Assembly: GCA_000165425.1 (NCBI GenBank)
Contig: CT868000.1
Span: 124,001-174,430 of the forward strand
DNA length: 50,430 nucleotides
Origin: Paramecium tetraurelia
Taxonomy: Eukaryota
Direction of reading: 5' to 3'
The position numbers and the translations under genes are program-made. Of this stretch, positions 25,171-39,454 are shown piece after piece (position 1 is the first letter of the stretch; each line of letters starts with the position of its first letter). The notes beneath the pieces are model-generated. The model saw only the letters and a list, made by a program, of their open reading frames with translations, was not told the DNA's origin and ran no database searches.

Positions 25171-25859
25171 AAAATAAATACATAATATTTATTTATATAA
25201 AATATTTTATGCATACTAATAATATCGAAGTAAGGAAAAATGATAAACGATCTCTGACCCTTTAAGGTTTATTCTAACGATCCTTAGATCTTTTAATTTA
25301 GTTTAGGATCATAAAAATATAAGCTAGTTGGGAGATTTTTGGTATTCTTTATTTTGATTAAAATTTATAATTTATTAATTTTTCATTTAACCTAAGCAGG
25401 TTTAATAAACAGATTTGAATTCAATTAAATGTTCATTATCTATATACAACTTGAATTCTGAAGATTTATTAAAAATTAAGGACTGGATTTAATCATTAAA
25501 TATCATAACTGTTAAAGAACGTAAATATAGATTTTTGATTTATTAAACATCAAAACAAGCTGGCTGTCTGTAAAAACTGTTATATTTTTAATAAAAAATG
25601 ATGTTAATCAAAATAATATCAAAATTTCAGCAATTTTTCTAGAGGTAATACTTCTCTTGATTTAAAAATGCTATTATTTATCCATATTTAATTTATTAGA
25701 CATTCTTATTACAAAAGCAAAAGTTGTTAGAAGTTTAATATTCGAGTCTTAACAGAGAGACATTTTAAGCTGAAGATACACAAAGTATAATAATAGATAA
25801 ATGCACATAAAAGTATAAGAATAGTAACATCATAGATAAACATTTTAAAACTACTTAAA

Positions 25860-26130
25860 TTTTAGAAAATATAAATACTGCAGATTGGATGGATCAGCAC
25901 CAATTAACGTTAGAGATGAAAATATTCAAGGAGTCTTTAGAATCCTGATTCAGGCTTTTTTGTATAATTTTGACAGAGACTATAATCCTCAATTAGTTCA
26001 ACAGGCTATGGATAGAACTCATAGAATCGGATAGAAAAAGAAAATTATGCTTTATAGATCAAAATCTTGATCAACCGTGGAAGGTAAGATTTTAGAGAGA
26101 GATGCTTCTGAATATAAAAATATTTAGAAT
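25860..26130 (+). pseudogene. Decayed SNF2/ISWI-family helicase C-terminal fragment
   Basis: YKYCRLDGSAPINVRDENI and FDRDYNPQLVQQAMDRTHRIGQKK match the SNF2 motif IV region and motif VI. Motif V (STRAGGLGINL) is missing, there is an in-frame TGA at 26068-26070, and no intact upstream ORF. Confidence 0.75.
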
Positions 26131-26574
26131 ATTCTTAAATAATTCTTTAAAATTCAAATTTTCTTTCTATTTTATATATCCAAGAGAAAAATCATTAGAG
26201 ACCTTTTGCAGCATATTTTATAGTATAAATGTACATTTATAGTAATTATTTTAGTATTCTAGATAATTCTGATAATTTCAAATTAATTCTAATATAAAGA
26301 AAATAATCAAATTTAACATATGTGTATATATGAATAAATAAAAAATTATTTCAGTATTTGAAGATATGTTTTATTCAAAGGAATAGTGTTGTAACTAGGA
26401 TGAACACAAACATAAAATAATATGATATTTTTTGAATTAACATGTTTTCATTAATAAATGTATATATTTTAACTTTTAATTTTAACAACTCAATCCAGCA
26501 TTCAAAAGATGCTTAACAATAAATAGGTAATATTGTATTTCTCATAATATTAATATTTTATAATTAAATAATAG

Positions 26575-28274
26575 ATGCACTTGAATATTCAAGGCTCTAG
26601 AAAACCCAGTTAGATTAGTAGCCCAACCTCAATCAAGAAGCCAACGATATCTTAACTTCTCATAAACTTTAGATCACCTATTACTGTTCCTAATAGTTCA
26701 TAGGTTTCACCTCAGAATTCTGAACAAAATCTTCAAAAAGCATTGCATTCTCATAAGGGATCTTAGATTGATGTTACAAATTTAACAAAATTGATTAGAC
26801 ATAGTAAATCACCAAATTTAGAAATAAATGATGTTCAAAGCAATGAAAATTAAAGCTAATAATAATTATAAGCATTACTCGCAAAAGCAAGAGAAATTAC
26901 TTAGAATAAATCGAAACCACCAATAATTAAGCAATAAGTTTAATCGATTTAAACACAATCAATTAATCAATTAAAGGAACTATTCAATGATAATTTGTAT
27001 TGCAGAAATACATTTCATTTTCATTTTGTAGTTGGGATAGGTGGATTTGGTAAAGTATGGAAAGTGGAGCACAAGAAAACAGGGCAAATATATGCCATGA
27101 AGGAAATGTCAAAAGCATTGTAAAAATACAAATTTATACTAGAATTATAACAAAAAAAAGTGTAAATTCAGTAATGAACGAGAGAATACTTTTGAGTGAA
27201 CTAAAACATCCATTCCTAGTTAACATGAATTACGCTTATTAAGACAAAGAAACATTGTATTTAATTATGGATTATATGTCTGGAGGTGACTTGAGGTATC
27301 ATATAGGAAGAATGAGAAGATTCAATGAAGAGTAGACTAGTAACATCAAAACTATTATTTTGAGGGTTTTTTGTGGCTTGCATATTCTTAAGTCTTGAAT
27401 ACGTGCACGAAAATAACATTATTCACAGAGATATCAAACCAGAAAATTTAGTATTAGATAATAAAGGATATGTGCATTTGACTGACTTTGGAATAGCTAG
27501 AGTTATGAAACCAGAAAATTCAAGTGATACAAGTGGAACACCAGGATATATGGGTAAATATTTATGAAAGTTTTTAGCTCCTGAAGTAATGTACAGATAA
27601 AATCATACATATGCTGTGGATTATTATGCGTTGGGAGTCATTGCTTATGAATTTATGTTAGGAAGAGTATATATTATAATTAACCCTTAGAGACCATATG
27701 TTGGAAGATCTAGGTAGGAGATTAGAGATTAAATTATGGCAAAATAGGTTTAAATTAGGAAATCGGATATACCAGAAAATTGGTCTATAGAGGCTGCTGA
27801 CTTTATTAATAGAGTAATAGTTCTATCAATTCAATTAGCTTCTCTAAAGGAAACCTTAGCAAAGATTAGGTTTTAGTGGTAGTTAAGAAATAAAATAACA
27901 TCCTTGGTTCTAGAAATTTCCTTGGTAGAAATTGTAAAATTTTGAATTGAATCCTCCTTTCCAACCAAATGTATTGACTTGTTAATCAATTAGAGAACCG
28001 AAGACAATTTTGATTAAAAATAAATAATATTGGAAGATTAGGAGAACAATGAATTGATCCAATAGAATCTTCTGGTTTTAAAAGACCCATCATCTTTAGG
28101 TATTAAGAGTTAAATCATTAAGAGTTATTTTAGGGTTATGAGTTTAATGCCAATCAGAGTGTAAATAAAATTTCATCAACCACTGATCAATCTTCGAGTT
28201 CATCGTCTAAGCATAGTAGAAATTTCAGTTCAAACATAGAAAAACAAAAATTTTTTGAACAAGCTCATAAATGA
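26575..28274 (+). CDS. AGC-family Ser/Thr protein kinase (STK32/YANK-like)
   Basis: GIGGFGKV, YAMKEM, HRDIKPEN, DFG, GTPGYMAPE and AGC tail PPFQP..DNFD. About seven tiny introns; the start may be slightly upstream (ATG 26509). Confidence 0.9.
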
Positions 28275-28433
28275 TTTACATAATCCTATTCATTATAGTA
28301 TTTTAATGCTATTTATAAATTATATAATTTAATTATAATCATTTATTAATTGGATTATATCAGTTTTAGAATTTTCCAAGAAAATATTATTAATCCATTT
28401 TCCCTATTGAAACTATTAATAATTAATTTTCGA

Positions 28434-28706
28434 ATGAAATTTTCTAGAAAAATGGGAGAAGATCAAAAAGTCAACCTAAAAACAAAGAAAATAATGAAAT
28501 GCCCCAAAAATCCTAATAAGGAATAACATAGCAAATTATTGAAATTATTGCTACTGTTATCAGACTTACACAAAGATCTTGACAACTTAGAAGGATCTTG
28601 TCCAAAAGAGTTCTAAAAAATACCTAAATAGAATCCAAAGTCGAAGGGAAAAGACTCCAAATTTTAAAGTAAATCTAAATCAACTTCCACAAAAAGTCTC
28701 AAATGA
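28434..28706 (+). CDS. Small Lys-rich hypothetical protein, 90 aa
   Basis: Uninterrupted ATG-to-TGA frame with higher GC than its flanks. Confidence 0.45.
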
Positions 28707-29341
28707 TAGTTAATTTGAATTTGGATTATACAAACCATTATATAATTTAATTGATACATCCTCAAATCCTCTTGATACAATATGAGAAATATTTAATGAC
28801 TTTTAAGTAAGGTATTTCTTCTTTTTTCCTTCTATTCCAAAATAGTTGTTACTTAGAAGGTTCTATAATAGAATATTAGCATATAAATTATATGGAAGTA
28901 ATTTAAAAATCCTTTCTTATAGAGATTAACTTATTTATATCATAAGATATTTGTGCTGATTGAAATTTTGAGTCTAGAATTTTATATTTAATTCATTGTT
29001 TAGGCTCGAAGAAAGATGTAATTCATTTTACTCAACTCTCTATTCTTCTTATTAGTCCTTTACGTATTAATTAATGTTTATAATTCATTTTGATCCCAAG
29101 TCAAATCACTCAATAAAGTAAATATTAAAAAGAAAATAGTAAACATATAATTATAATTATTAAATTTGACAATAGATTCTTATGAAATGATGATGATAGA
29201 GTAGATTGCACATAATGGTTTGGTTTTTGAAATGATAGTCATCATAAAAATGAAAAGATTTATCATGAAAGAGGCGATTTATTTTGATAATGTATTTATT
29301 TCAAGATAGTTATTTTTTATTAATCCTATTAAAGAAGAAAA

Positions 29342-29770
29342 ATGTTAAATCATGAAAATTAATAAATTCCTCAAAATACATCTGAAATTACCTCAGACTA
29401 AGAGGATTATTTACAGAAAACGATGTATCTAATTGAACTGTTCGAGAGGTTATAAGATTAGATTTAGGAAATAAAATAACCAAGAACTAGTATTGAGTTA
29501 ATTGATGCTATTTCACACCTTTTTAATAACCAAGAATTAGATTATTAACGAAACCATCAAGCTTGCCCAGATTTCAAAAGTGGTTATAACCTATAAGAAA
29601 GTTCTACTCTAAAATAGAATTCAATAATTTAAACACCATCAGGAATAATCTATGGGTGTTGTTGTCATAAAGAAGGAGATAAGTTAAAGAAGTATTATCC
29701 TACTCCTTAAGCACTTGGAGGACACATACTGTAGGAGAAAAAAAGAATGAATAAATAAAATATAAATTGA
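29342..29770 (+). CDS. Hypothetical protein with a C-terminal QALGGH zinc-finger-like motif
   Basis: 143-codon frame MLNHENQQIPQN...YGCCCHKEGDKLKKYYPTPQALGGHILQEKKR. A second frame (29187-29750) is also open, so frame and start are uncertain. Confidence 0.5.
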
Positions 29771-29799
29771 ATGATTCAAAATTATATTTTACAGAATAT

Positions 29800-31975
29800 T
29801 ATTGTATTAAATACTTCTTGAAACGATTTAGGTGGCTGATATTTGCAAAAGAAATTATATTAAAGTAATTTCTCAATAAATCACTCTATGTTGTCTAGTT
29901 TAAAGGGATTTTTATCATAATTTTGAGGGTTCAATAAAAGTATCTAAAATATTCTTAAATTTAGGCTATTAATATTAATCCTCCAAAGCTTTAATTCTCA
30001 AATATACATCGCTTATACCATCAAAGTTACAGTAATAATAAAATAGTAGATTCTCAATAAATGCTGAACATCAATAAACCAATCTTCTGACTTTTATTAT
30101 TCTACTCATAATTATAGTGTTTTGATTTAAGTTTTGTTCATTATATACACTGGTTGAAATCCTTGAAGTTTTAAAGGTATCTTATTTGATTACATTGCTT
30201 TTTAGAAGAACTCAATAATCTAAAGGATAAATTTTAAATTTCATTATTAACTGTAATTAAGTTTATGGGCTTTATGTGTTCTGATTTTCTTTTGGTTCAA
30301 ATATTTTATGAAACCTTATATACTATTGTATCAATATCACTTTTTTTTTTTTATTTCTAATCCTTAATTTATTTGATATTCTCTAATATAAACTCAAGAT
30401 TTTTAAATCGAACAATTCGTTTGACTTCTTCTCTTTCAAATGCTTAATATTAATATTGATATCTTAATTATAATTTATTGCTAGCCTAATTATTAATTTC
30501 ATATATATACTCTTTATAAAAGTTATAATTATCTCTAATTAATCTATTATCTGATTATTTAATTCAAGATACACTTTCTTTTTACTCAGCTTCTTTTCCT
30601 TTATAAAACTAATTAGCACTAATAATTTGTTCTCATGATATAGCTGACTTATAAATGTAAAAATTGTAACTCCTATATTGCAATTTTATTAATTCTATAG
30701 AAATTGGTTATTATCACATCATAATTTAGAATAACTTTGAATGAATATATGATTTAGGATTCCCTCACTTTTCAAATCTTAGATTTCCTGAATCAATAAG
30801 AATACCTTAAATATGTAATACAATTAGTTTAATTACTCTGGACTATTCTTTAGATCAAACCATTTATTTCAGATATCAAATTCCTTAGATCCATAACCAT
30901 TGTCCATTTTGATTAATCCATAGAATTTATTTATATCTTTCCTCATAAATGTATTAATTGAAATTTTTCAATATTTTTTTTGATAGAATCAAGTGAACAT
31001 AATTAACAATATGCTTTCTAATAATTAAATTATTATTTATGCCTTTGTTGTTAATCAGATTTTATTTTCATGATATTTGTAAGTAACAATAAAATAAAAT
31101 TTGTCTACTTCATAAAACACCAAGTTTATTCTCTATCAATTTGTTTTAACACTTTATTTAAAAGACCTACCTAAACCTTGAACATTTCGTTGTTTATCCA
31201 TAAATTTATAGATGTCCAAAATCTTTTTCAATTTATTGTATTTCTATATTATTCAAATGTTTTATATGCCACTTATTTTAAGCTTACTTCCTCATTTATT
31301 CACCAAACTGATTTGTAAGTCTGAATTAAAATGATATCTTTTGCTAACAAATCTCTAATTCCTGATTCCTATAATTTTACAATTGTTGATAGCATTGTAC
31401 ATATCAGTTGTACTATTCAGCTGATTGAATGTCTATCCAATATCCCCTGTCTTTCCCTTACATCAATTTTAATTATGGCTGCGTGCTTTATCAACTTTAT
31501 TTAATTTTTTGTTTCAATACTTGAATAATTTAGAAAAAGATCAAAAATGGCTCTCTAATTTCTTGAATATTTGATGGCGATAATCTATCGATTGCTCTGT
31601 ATAAAATCACTATTTTATTTTTCCACATTTCTTTTCTTTGTAAGAATTTTATAGCCATTTGGTTCTTTAGAGATATTCTGATATTTCTCTAAAATTTCCT
31701 TAAGCTAATTATTAAAATGTTTAGCTCCACAAAAAAGTATCAAAATTTTTCCAAGGAAAAGAATTTGTGCATTTTTTCCAATTATGCTCTTGTTAATACA
31801 TAATTGCTAATAGACTTCTCATCCAAATAACAAGTGAAATTTGAATAATTTCAACATTCTCCATGCTATGTATGATTTTATTATTTCAAATCTTTTTTAT
31901 ACAAATAAGTTTTTCATTCTTTATACTTCTTTAAGAGAAGTTGATTTTGCTCCATTTCACTTTAACATCAGCATA
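29800..31975 (-). pseudogene. About 2 kb of decayed coding-like sequence
   Basis: Purine-rich, coding-like minus strand with protein-like stretches. The parts I translated had repeated TGA codons in all frames that tiny introns did not resolve. Family not recognised. Confidence 0.4.
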
Positions 31976-32122
31976 AAATTAATAATCACTTAAAACTAAT
32001 TATAAATACAAAGCTTTTCAACCAAGAAACTAAATAATTATTTAATTTATTGCCTTTTATAATTATAAATTATTAATCATTTCAATTAACATTTTAAATA
32101 ACAATACTAGAAATTACTAAAC

Positions 32123-35100
32123 TCATTCTTTTATTTTCGATTTCAAATCTTATCGTTCTTCCATTTCTATTTATTTTTTTATTAAATTTTTCAAATCTGA
32201 CATTTCGTTATAGATAATCTTATAATCTCCACCCTCTCTTTTAAGCTAAACTCTTTTCTTCCACAATCTGAATTTCTTTTGAATGTAAATTATAGCAACC
32301 ATATCCCCACTATTGAAACTAGTTGGTTTAAATTTGCTAGTCGCATCCTTCCTTTAAAGATCACCTAACTGAATCCTTAATTTTTACTAAACGGTCTTGT
32401 CCGTAGGTTCCAAACTAATAATATCAAATAACATCATATACCTTGTAACCCCATATTTCAGTGTAACAGATATCTTAGTCAGAGATAAGATGACATCATG
32501 GAATTGATAACAAAGCATATTGGACTCCTTCGATTCGTATATAGGAATGTTTAAGACTTTGAGAAAGTTCTTCTTATTATTTACATCTAATAAATCATCT
32601 TAGGCCACTCCGAATATTATTGCGATTTCAGATGACAACTTCCAAAAATCCTTGTAATTGATTAGTCCTTTCCCTTCAGGATCATAATTCCGCCATAGTG
32701 ACAACACATCATTCAATTAATACTTGCTTACTGCAGATTCTTCACTTTTGACATGCTCCTCATATGCTCCAAGCACAGAGGCAATCAGCAAATTTAAAAT
32801 CATCAATGAAAATATCAGATGGAATGAGACGAAATATAAATAGGCATAAGGAGTGCCACATCCATTGAAGCCATACTTTTAGTAATCAGCATAGGTTGAC
32901 ATATAATTACAGGCAAAATTAGGTTATTATTCGTGCAGAGTATCAACCATAATGAACCACCAACTTTCTGAACTAGCAACCTTAATAAGGGAGAACATGG
33001 CAGTTGAGAATTTGCGAAAATGTTGATCCCATCCATTTAGATTTGACTGAGTTCTTATGAATGCAAACATATCTATTCCGAGTGTTGTGTAAATGAATAA
33101 AAATATGAACATAATAAAGAGCATCGACAATGAATTGGGGATTACTGAGAAGATGGATGAAAATAGCTTCTCCAAATTGTTAAAACGCCTATCTATTAAT
33201 ATATTGCATACTTTATTATTCTGAAATTTCTTTACAATTAGAATGCTACTGATATAGCATTTGAAATTCTTCTAAAATGAAAATTATAATCCTCATGATT
33301 ACGAATAAACAAATTTGCTATGGCCCACCAAATTCCAATACTATCCATGATGTTTGAGTTGTCCTTAAAGTATAAGCTCTTATCTTTAGCCAGGAATCTA
33401 CAAACGATTTCAAAAGCAAAAATAAAAACAAACACACTATTTATAGAATCTAATATTTGGTTGTAGTCATCACCAACACTTTAATCAGATCGGTGAAAAT
33501 ACATTGATAAAACTATGGTATTACAAAATATGATGATTAACCAAAATATTTTAAAATACTTTTATTTAACTAATTAAAATAGTATTTTCCTTATGTAATT
33601 TGATGGTTTTTTGGATTTCACCAATGGTTACATATTATAAATTTGCATTTTTATTTAGAACCATTCCCTTTGAGTTTCATCAAGTAAATGGAAGTTTTAG
33701 GCCTTCGTCTTTGCTTCTTGATAAGCATTCACAATGAGACCAATAAACATATTTAACAAGCAGAGATTGCCTAAGAAGAAGAATAACTGAAAATATAGAG
33801 CATATATTCTATTATAATTCTGTATTGGCTGGTGATCTACATCAACAGCATTCCAAGCCTATTATATTAATGGTATCCAATTTTCAGATGTGGCAGTACA
33901 GAACAGAGTCAAAATACTCTAAAAGATGGTATCAAAGGTTAATATTTAATTTACCCATGATCCCCCATAATCAAAACAATCCTCTTTCTTTATAATGAAG
34001 TCCTTATGAATACTATCATAAGCATCGCAATAATAGAAGGTCCCTTTCAACAATTTTAGAGCCAAAACTCCGTATATTGCTAATAATATTAAGCAGAAGA
34101 TGGTTAATTGAATCATCTAAGTAAAAGCATTTAATAAAGATGCTTAGGCATAGGCAATATTCTTTGAAAACACTGCTCCTATCTGAATAAATTATAAAAT
34201 TCTTAGGGATGTTACAAATTTGCTTAGTGGATGACTTATATCAAAAATCAAAGTTATCAAATCCACAATTGTTATCACAAATGAGAAGATGTTATATATT
34301 GACTATCTGAAGAAAGATTACTCATTCTTATATAATCCAAAAGCAATGCAATTTAAAAGTATCACCAAAATGTAAAATACTGTTAAGAATATGTACCCAA
34401 CCTACAATGTAAATGAAATGTCTGAATTAGGATCTTCTAGTGGACTTAATAAAGCAATCCTTATACAAGTTAGTAAAATTAAGGCAAAGTTAAATATTCT
34501 AAAATAGATATTTGTAACCAGGGAAGTCACTAACATTCTAAAATCAGATTCTGGAGCAAAGATGAAAAGTGTTTTCTCTGAATTTTCTCTGCGCACTGAT
34601 TTCCTGATGTTTTGATTCATTTTTCTAGATGAGGATGGATCATTCACTTATCCTGGAGATTTGATATTCTCATGGTCAATAGATTCATCTTCTATCTCGT
34701 TAATTTCATCTTCTATATTATGATCTTTAACATGATCATCTGAAGCATCTTTTTTTTCCTCGGGTTTTCTTAAGTAATCAATTATGCTCTCCTTATTAGC
34801 TATATTTATAAATAAATCATATATACATAGAATATTAGTGGGAGTCTACACTTTATAGTCAATTAAGTCACTATTAGGGTTGGCACCATCTTTTTGAGCT
34901 TTTAGTTCAAAGAATAGGGAAAGTTTTCCATTTTTCTTAGCATCATTTGGTTAGGTTTAAACTTAAGCTTATGTTTTTAATTATTATTAATTGGCTGCAT
35001 TGATATTTGATGTAATACTATGAATTTTGGCTCGTTATCTCTTTTTTAGGATGGAAACAAAAAATCCAACAGCATTCTTGTAGTATTATGTAAAATTAAT

Positions 35101-37412
35101 GGGTTTAATTTCTTATTCTATTTTTTTAAGTTAAGTGCAAAATTCATTTAAAAATACTGCTAATAATAATCTGACAAACAGAATTTATCCTAATAAGATA
35201 AAGAAAATATGATAGAGGAGAGAAACCCATATTTTCTCTCCATATAATAACATAGTTATGTGCCATTCTTCGTTATAAAAGATATTAGTGGCTGCCATAA
35301 AAGAATTACCTAATCCTTCATAATTAATAGATGCTGAAATGCCATTAATTGAATCGACTGGTTGATAGGATCCATTAGGTAATTGTTCAAATCTTACTTT
35401 GTATGCTAAAAACTCTTATCCAAATAGACAAGTAAATAATATGATTATTATGAAAAGCAATATCATATCCTTAATTTTAAAGAGAGTTTAGATTAAACAT
35501 CTTGCTAGCACGCTAATAGAGTAGAAAACTCTTGCGATATAGAGTAATTTGATCTAATATTAATTAATAATTTACTAAACGAAGCATTTTGAATGCCTTT
35601 ATTAAATTAATGTATCTATTTGTGTTAACAATTATTGACTCGTCAAAAAAAAATAAAACAATAATCAGTATGATTTAAGTCATAATCACCAGTGAATCAA
35701 ACACATCAATGATTTCTTTAAATTATTCAGCCAAACCATTTCCCCATAATGATATGATGAATTCGAATATAAAATAGATGATACATATAAAGTCTAGAAT
35801 CATTAGACTTTAATAACTTAAAAATATTATGAATAAACTTACCTTGTTTTACTTATTCCATGATGATCATAAACAATTACTATTGCACATATTATTATTA
35901 CGGTGCAATTTATATATTTAAAGGTATTTGACTTAGCTATTATAGTTGATATGTTTAAAAATTTCTAGAAATGTTCCGATAAGAAAGTCTGCTAATCCTC
36001 CTCATCTTAGTAATATAAAGATATCTAATATTTCTTTTTAGAATTTCTTTTTTTTGACTTTTATTCATTTATTTAAGCCAATCTAGTCATTATCTATTGC
36101 TATTTCTTTTTCATTATTTCGTTTTCTATTACTTCCTTCTCATTGTCAATACTTTTATTTTACTTTATTGTACTTAATACTAAAAATGATTCATAAAATG
36201 AAGCCAATAGCAAATTTGATAAAAGATATGCCCTAAAATAAATGATATTATATATACAATATAAAAATTAAAGATACGAAATAAAATGCAGTAATATAAG
36301 TGGTCATTGCCCTCCAAAACATAAATGTTGTCCCTGACCATCCTGTGACATTTAAGAATGTAAATACAACAAATAAAGAGTAAAAAAAATCATCAAAACG
36401 AATAAATCCAAATCCAAATTATTCAATCACATTTTCTGTCCTATTTCTAGGTAGATTATAATCTGCTAATGATCCACAATATGAATTTTCTGAGCATTCC
36501 CAAATGCCACATAAGAATTTTATATCGTCTACTGCTTTCCAATCTTCATTAACTGGTTCAGGAGTCTCTCTACATCTTTATTCTGTAATCCCCATAAATA
36601 AATGCAGACCGATTATGCTATAGTATAGAACTACGAAAAGTAAAGGTATTAAAATTGGACCCAATCTAGAAAAACTTCCAATGAATGCATCAAATTGTTT
36701 CTTTAAAATTTTGGAATCCTATATCAAACGCAATGTCCTAAATAATCGTATGACTCTCAAAATGTGAACCAATTGATTTTCACTTTTGATGTCTCCCAAT
36801 ATTGACCAAGTAGCAATGAAAGTAAGGAAGTTTACAACATTCCACCAAGATTTTAAATAAGCATTCTTTCCTAATACAAAACCCTTTATTATTATTGATC
36901 CAAGACATTCCAAGCCAAAAATAATATTGCAAAATATCTCTAAGGTTATTGATATTCTATTTCTATTGTCATCTTCTTGGTTAATTCTTGATTAATAATC
37001 ATACAGGCAAACTGCTATTATATTCAAAAATGTGATAATTCGGATAACTTAAAGGAACAATTTTTCGTTAAAGGATTTATATAAACTCAATCGGAAGGGG
37101 TTATCTGATTTGAAGAGAAACAGAGAGTTATCTGCAAACTAGGTAATATTAATTTTAATTTACAGGCCATTAAGCATCGTTTTATAAAAGATCCTCCTCG
37201 AATGTTTCAGGATTAAGGTATTAAATAGGCTTTTTCATCTTAATCTCCAATAGATCTGGTTTTGCTATAATATTGTTCCAATTAAAGATCTCATTTTCAC
37301 AACCCAAAAAAGAATTCAATCTTAAAATAGTTTGTTAATGGATAGCTTCGTCCTGTCTTGCCTTTGGAAATGTCAAACATTCTACTCCTATCGATTTTAG
37401 AGTTTTAGACAT
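32123..37412 (-). CDS. Four-domain voltage-gated Ca2+/Na+-type channel alpha subunit
   Basis: Four repeats with an S4 such as LRVIRLFRTLRLI and pore loops LNVTGW, FYNEEW, ATSENW, ASSESW. C-terminal EF-hand-like WRNYDPEGKGLI and IQ-like IYIQKKFRLWKKR; TGA at 32123-32125. Confidence 0.92.
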
Positions 37413-38577
37413 TATTTAATATAATATATAATATCTTCAATCAGTTATCAAAAGCTATTGTTTTTGGAATCCATGGCAAGGGCAGATAATTTTAGTGTTA
37501 TTTTCATCTATATCATAATTTAATAATGATTAGTCATTGATTTAGTTAATTTAAGTGATGTTTCAATATCTAAAACATTTTAAGTTAAATGTCACTCTTT
37601 CTTTATAAATATTTGATTTACTATTTGCAACCCACAAAATTGAATCACATTAGACTTGAGTTTCCATTGTAGTAACATGTTTTCAATTCTTAACACATTT
37701 TTGGGGTAAGCGTTATGAAAAAAATTTAATTAATATTTTTTAAGTCTTAATTCATATTAAATGATTATTTTTATTATATATTAATTTTTATATAGCTTTA
37801 TTGATTATGAATTAATGAACCACACTGTTAAAATTCTTATAACTAACATCAATTTAGACAATTCCAGGTGACATCAAATGTTAGCACTTCATATTTATAA
37901 ATTCCAGAAAAAATTATAGAATATATCTTAATTTCTATTATCTTTATAGTTACTTATAAATTCATAGGGGTATATCACTATGAAACTATTAACTAAAATA
38001 CTGCTTTATGAAAAATTAAAATAAACATGAAAATTCATCATCAAAGGTGTTAATTATCAATAACACAAGGGCTTTGAAATTAAATATCACCATACCAATA
38101 ATTATTAATTTGAAATTATCACATTTTATTGAGTTTTGAATATTTAATCCTAGTGAGTTTGATTATCTTACAAATTCACTTTTAGTTATAATTGAAAAAA
38201 AGATGAGTAAAATATTTAAATTTATCAATTTAAATCATAAAAAAATCAATGTCATCATTGCTATTAATCTGATAGTAATTATAATTTATATTTTAATGAA
38301 CACAAACTTCGCTTAAATTGAAACCTAATTGAATATTTAAATTTTAGAGTATTATTACAGTGAAGAAGTGATGATGTCTAAATTAAGAAGTATAAATTTA
38401 TTAGATCAATTTTTGATGTTGTTGCACTGATTCATGCAAATTGAATTCAAAGTCCTTTATCATCGTAAAATCTACTTAGATTAATTTGTATGGTGATATC
38501 TATGCTAAATTTAGGCGTATTAAAATATTTATTTGTATATTTTTCTTATATAATATTTTTACTTTTAATAAAAGACT

Positions 38578-39407
38578 ATGGAAACAAGAGCAAAATCAAA
38601 AAACTGCTTTGTTATCAAAACTCAATTTACTTAATAAATATTGTCGACCCCCTCTCCAAAATAACGTTGCCAAAGATATTTTACAAAAGTACCCACAAAC
38701 AGGGAGCACAAGCAAAGTGTCATAAAATTACTCTCGCTTAATGAAATAAAATCAAACCTAGAAATGTAATTTAGGAATGTTACTTATTTTCTAGTCACAA
38801 AAGAAGTCGAAGTTCTGAATCTACATATGAAGGAAGTTTAAATAAAAGATGTTAATTTATATTTTTAACTTTTACTCATCAAAAAACAAAATACTAAAGA
38901 CATAGATTTTGTATTAAAATGTGGAGAAAATTGATCCTTTGCGTTTAGGCCATCCTTTTTATGTTTAAAGTTGCATTAGTTGAATATAAGATAAGAAGTA
39001 GTTCACCACCAAAAATGTCAATTTGTCACTAGTTGATAAATCACCATCCCTACCCAGAAAGTCCTTCTAACAGAAAAAGAAAGAAGAGTTCAAGTGTAGA
39101 AACCAAAAATAGAAATTGTGGATTTGGTGAAAAGATTCAAACTTTGATTCTTCTTTAAAAATCGAAGTCTGATGCTCAAAGAAATAGTACTTATCTAAGA
39201 CAGATCAAAAACCAAGATATAAGATTAACTCGCTTGATCAGTTAAAAAGCAGCAAGCACTCACTCTCTGCACATCAATTCTCTACACACAACAATCGACA
39301 ATTCCAAGTAGTTACCCGCTATAAATAAGGTGGAGTATTTTGAAAGGCCCCTCCTAATTTCTTCCTCATAAAAAAAATTTTCTCTAAAAATAAAGAAAAT
39401 ACATTGA
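38578..39407 (+). CDS. Hypothetical basic protein
   Basis: METRAKSKNCFVIK... with one 29-nt intron (~38766-38794), open to TGA at 39405-39407. Confidence 0.6.
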
Positions 39408-39454
39408 AAAAACATTACTCAATATTTAATTGTACATTATGTTATTATAATATT

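Noticed and set aside
28683..29090. Open minus-strand frame of about 130 codons
   Set aside because: No suitable start codon, it overlaps the end of the plus-strand ORF, and long open frames arise easily with a single stop codon.
37860..38160. Possible dead kinase remnant (KFIIKGVNY...LKLSHF)
   Set aside because: No intact HRD or DFG motif, and the resemblance is too weak.
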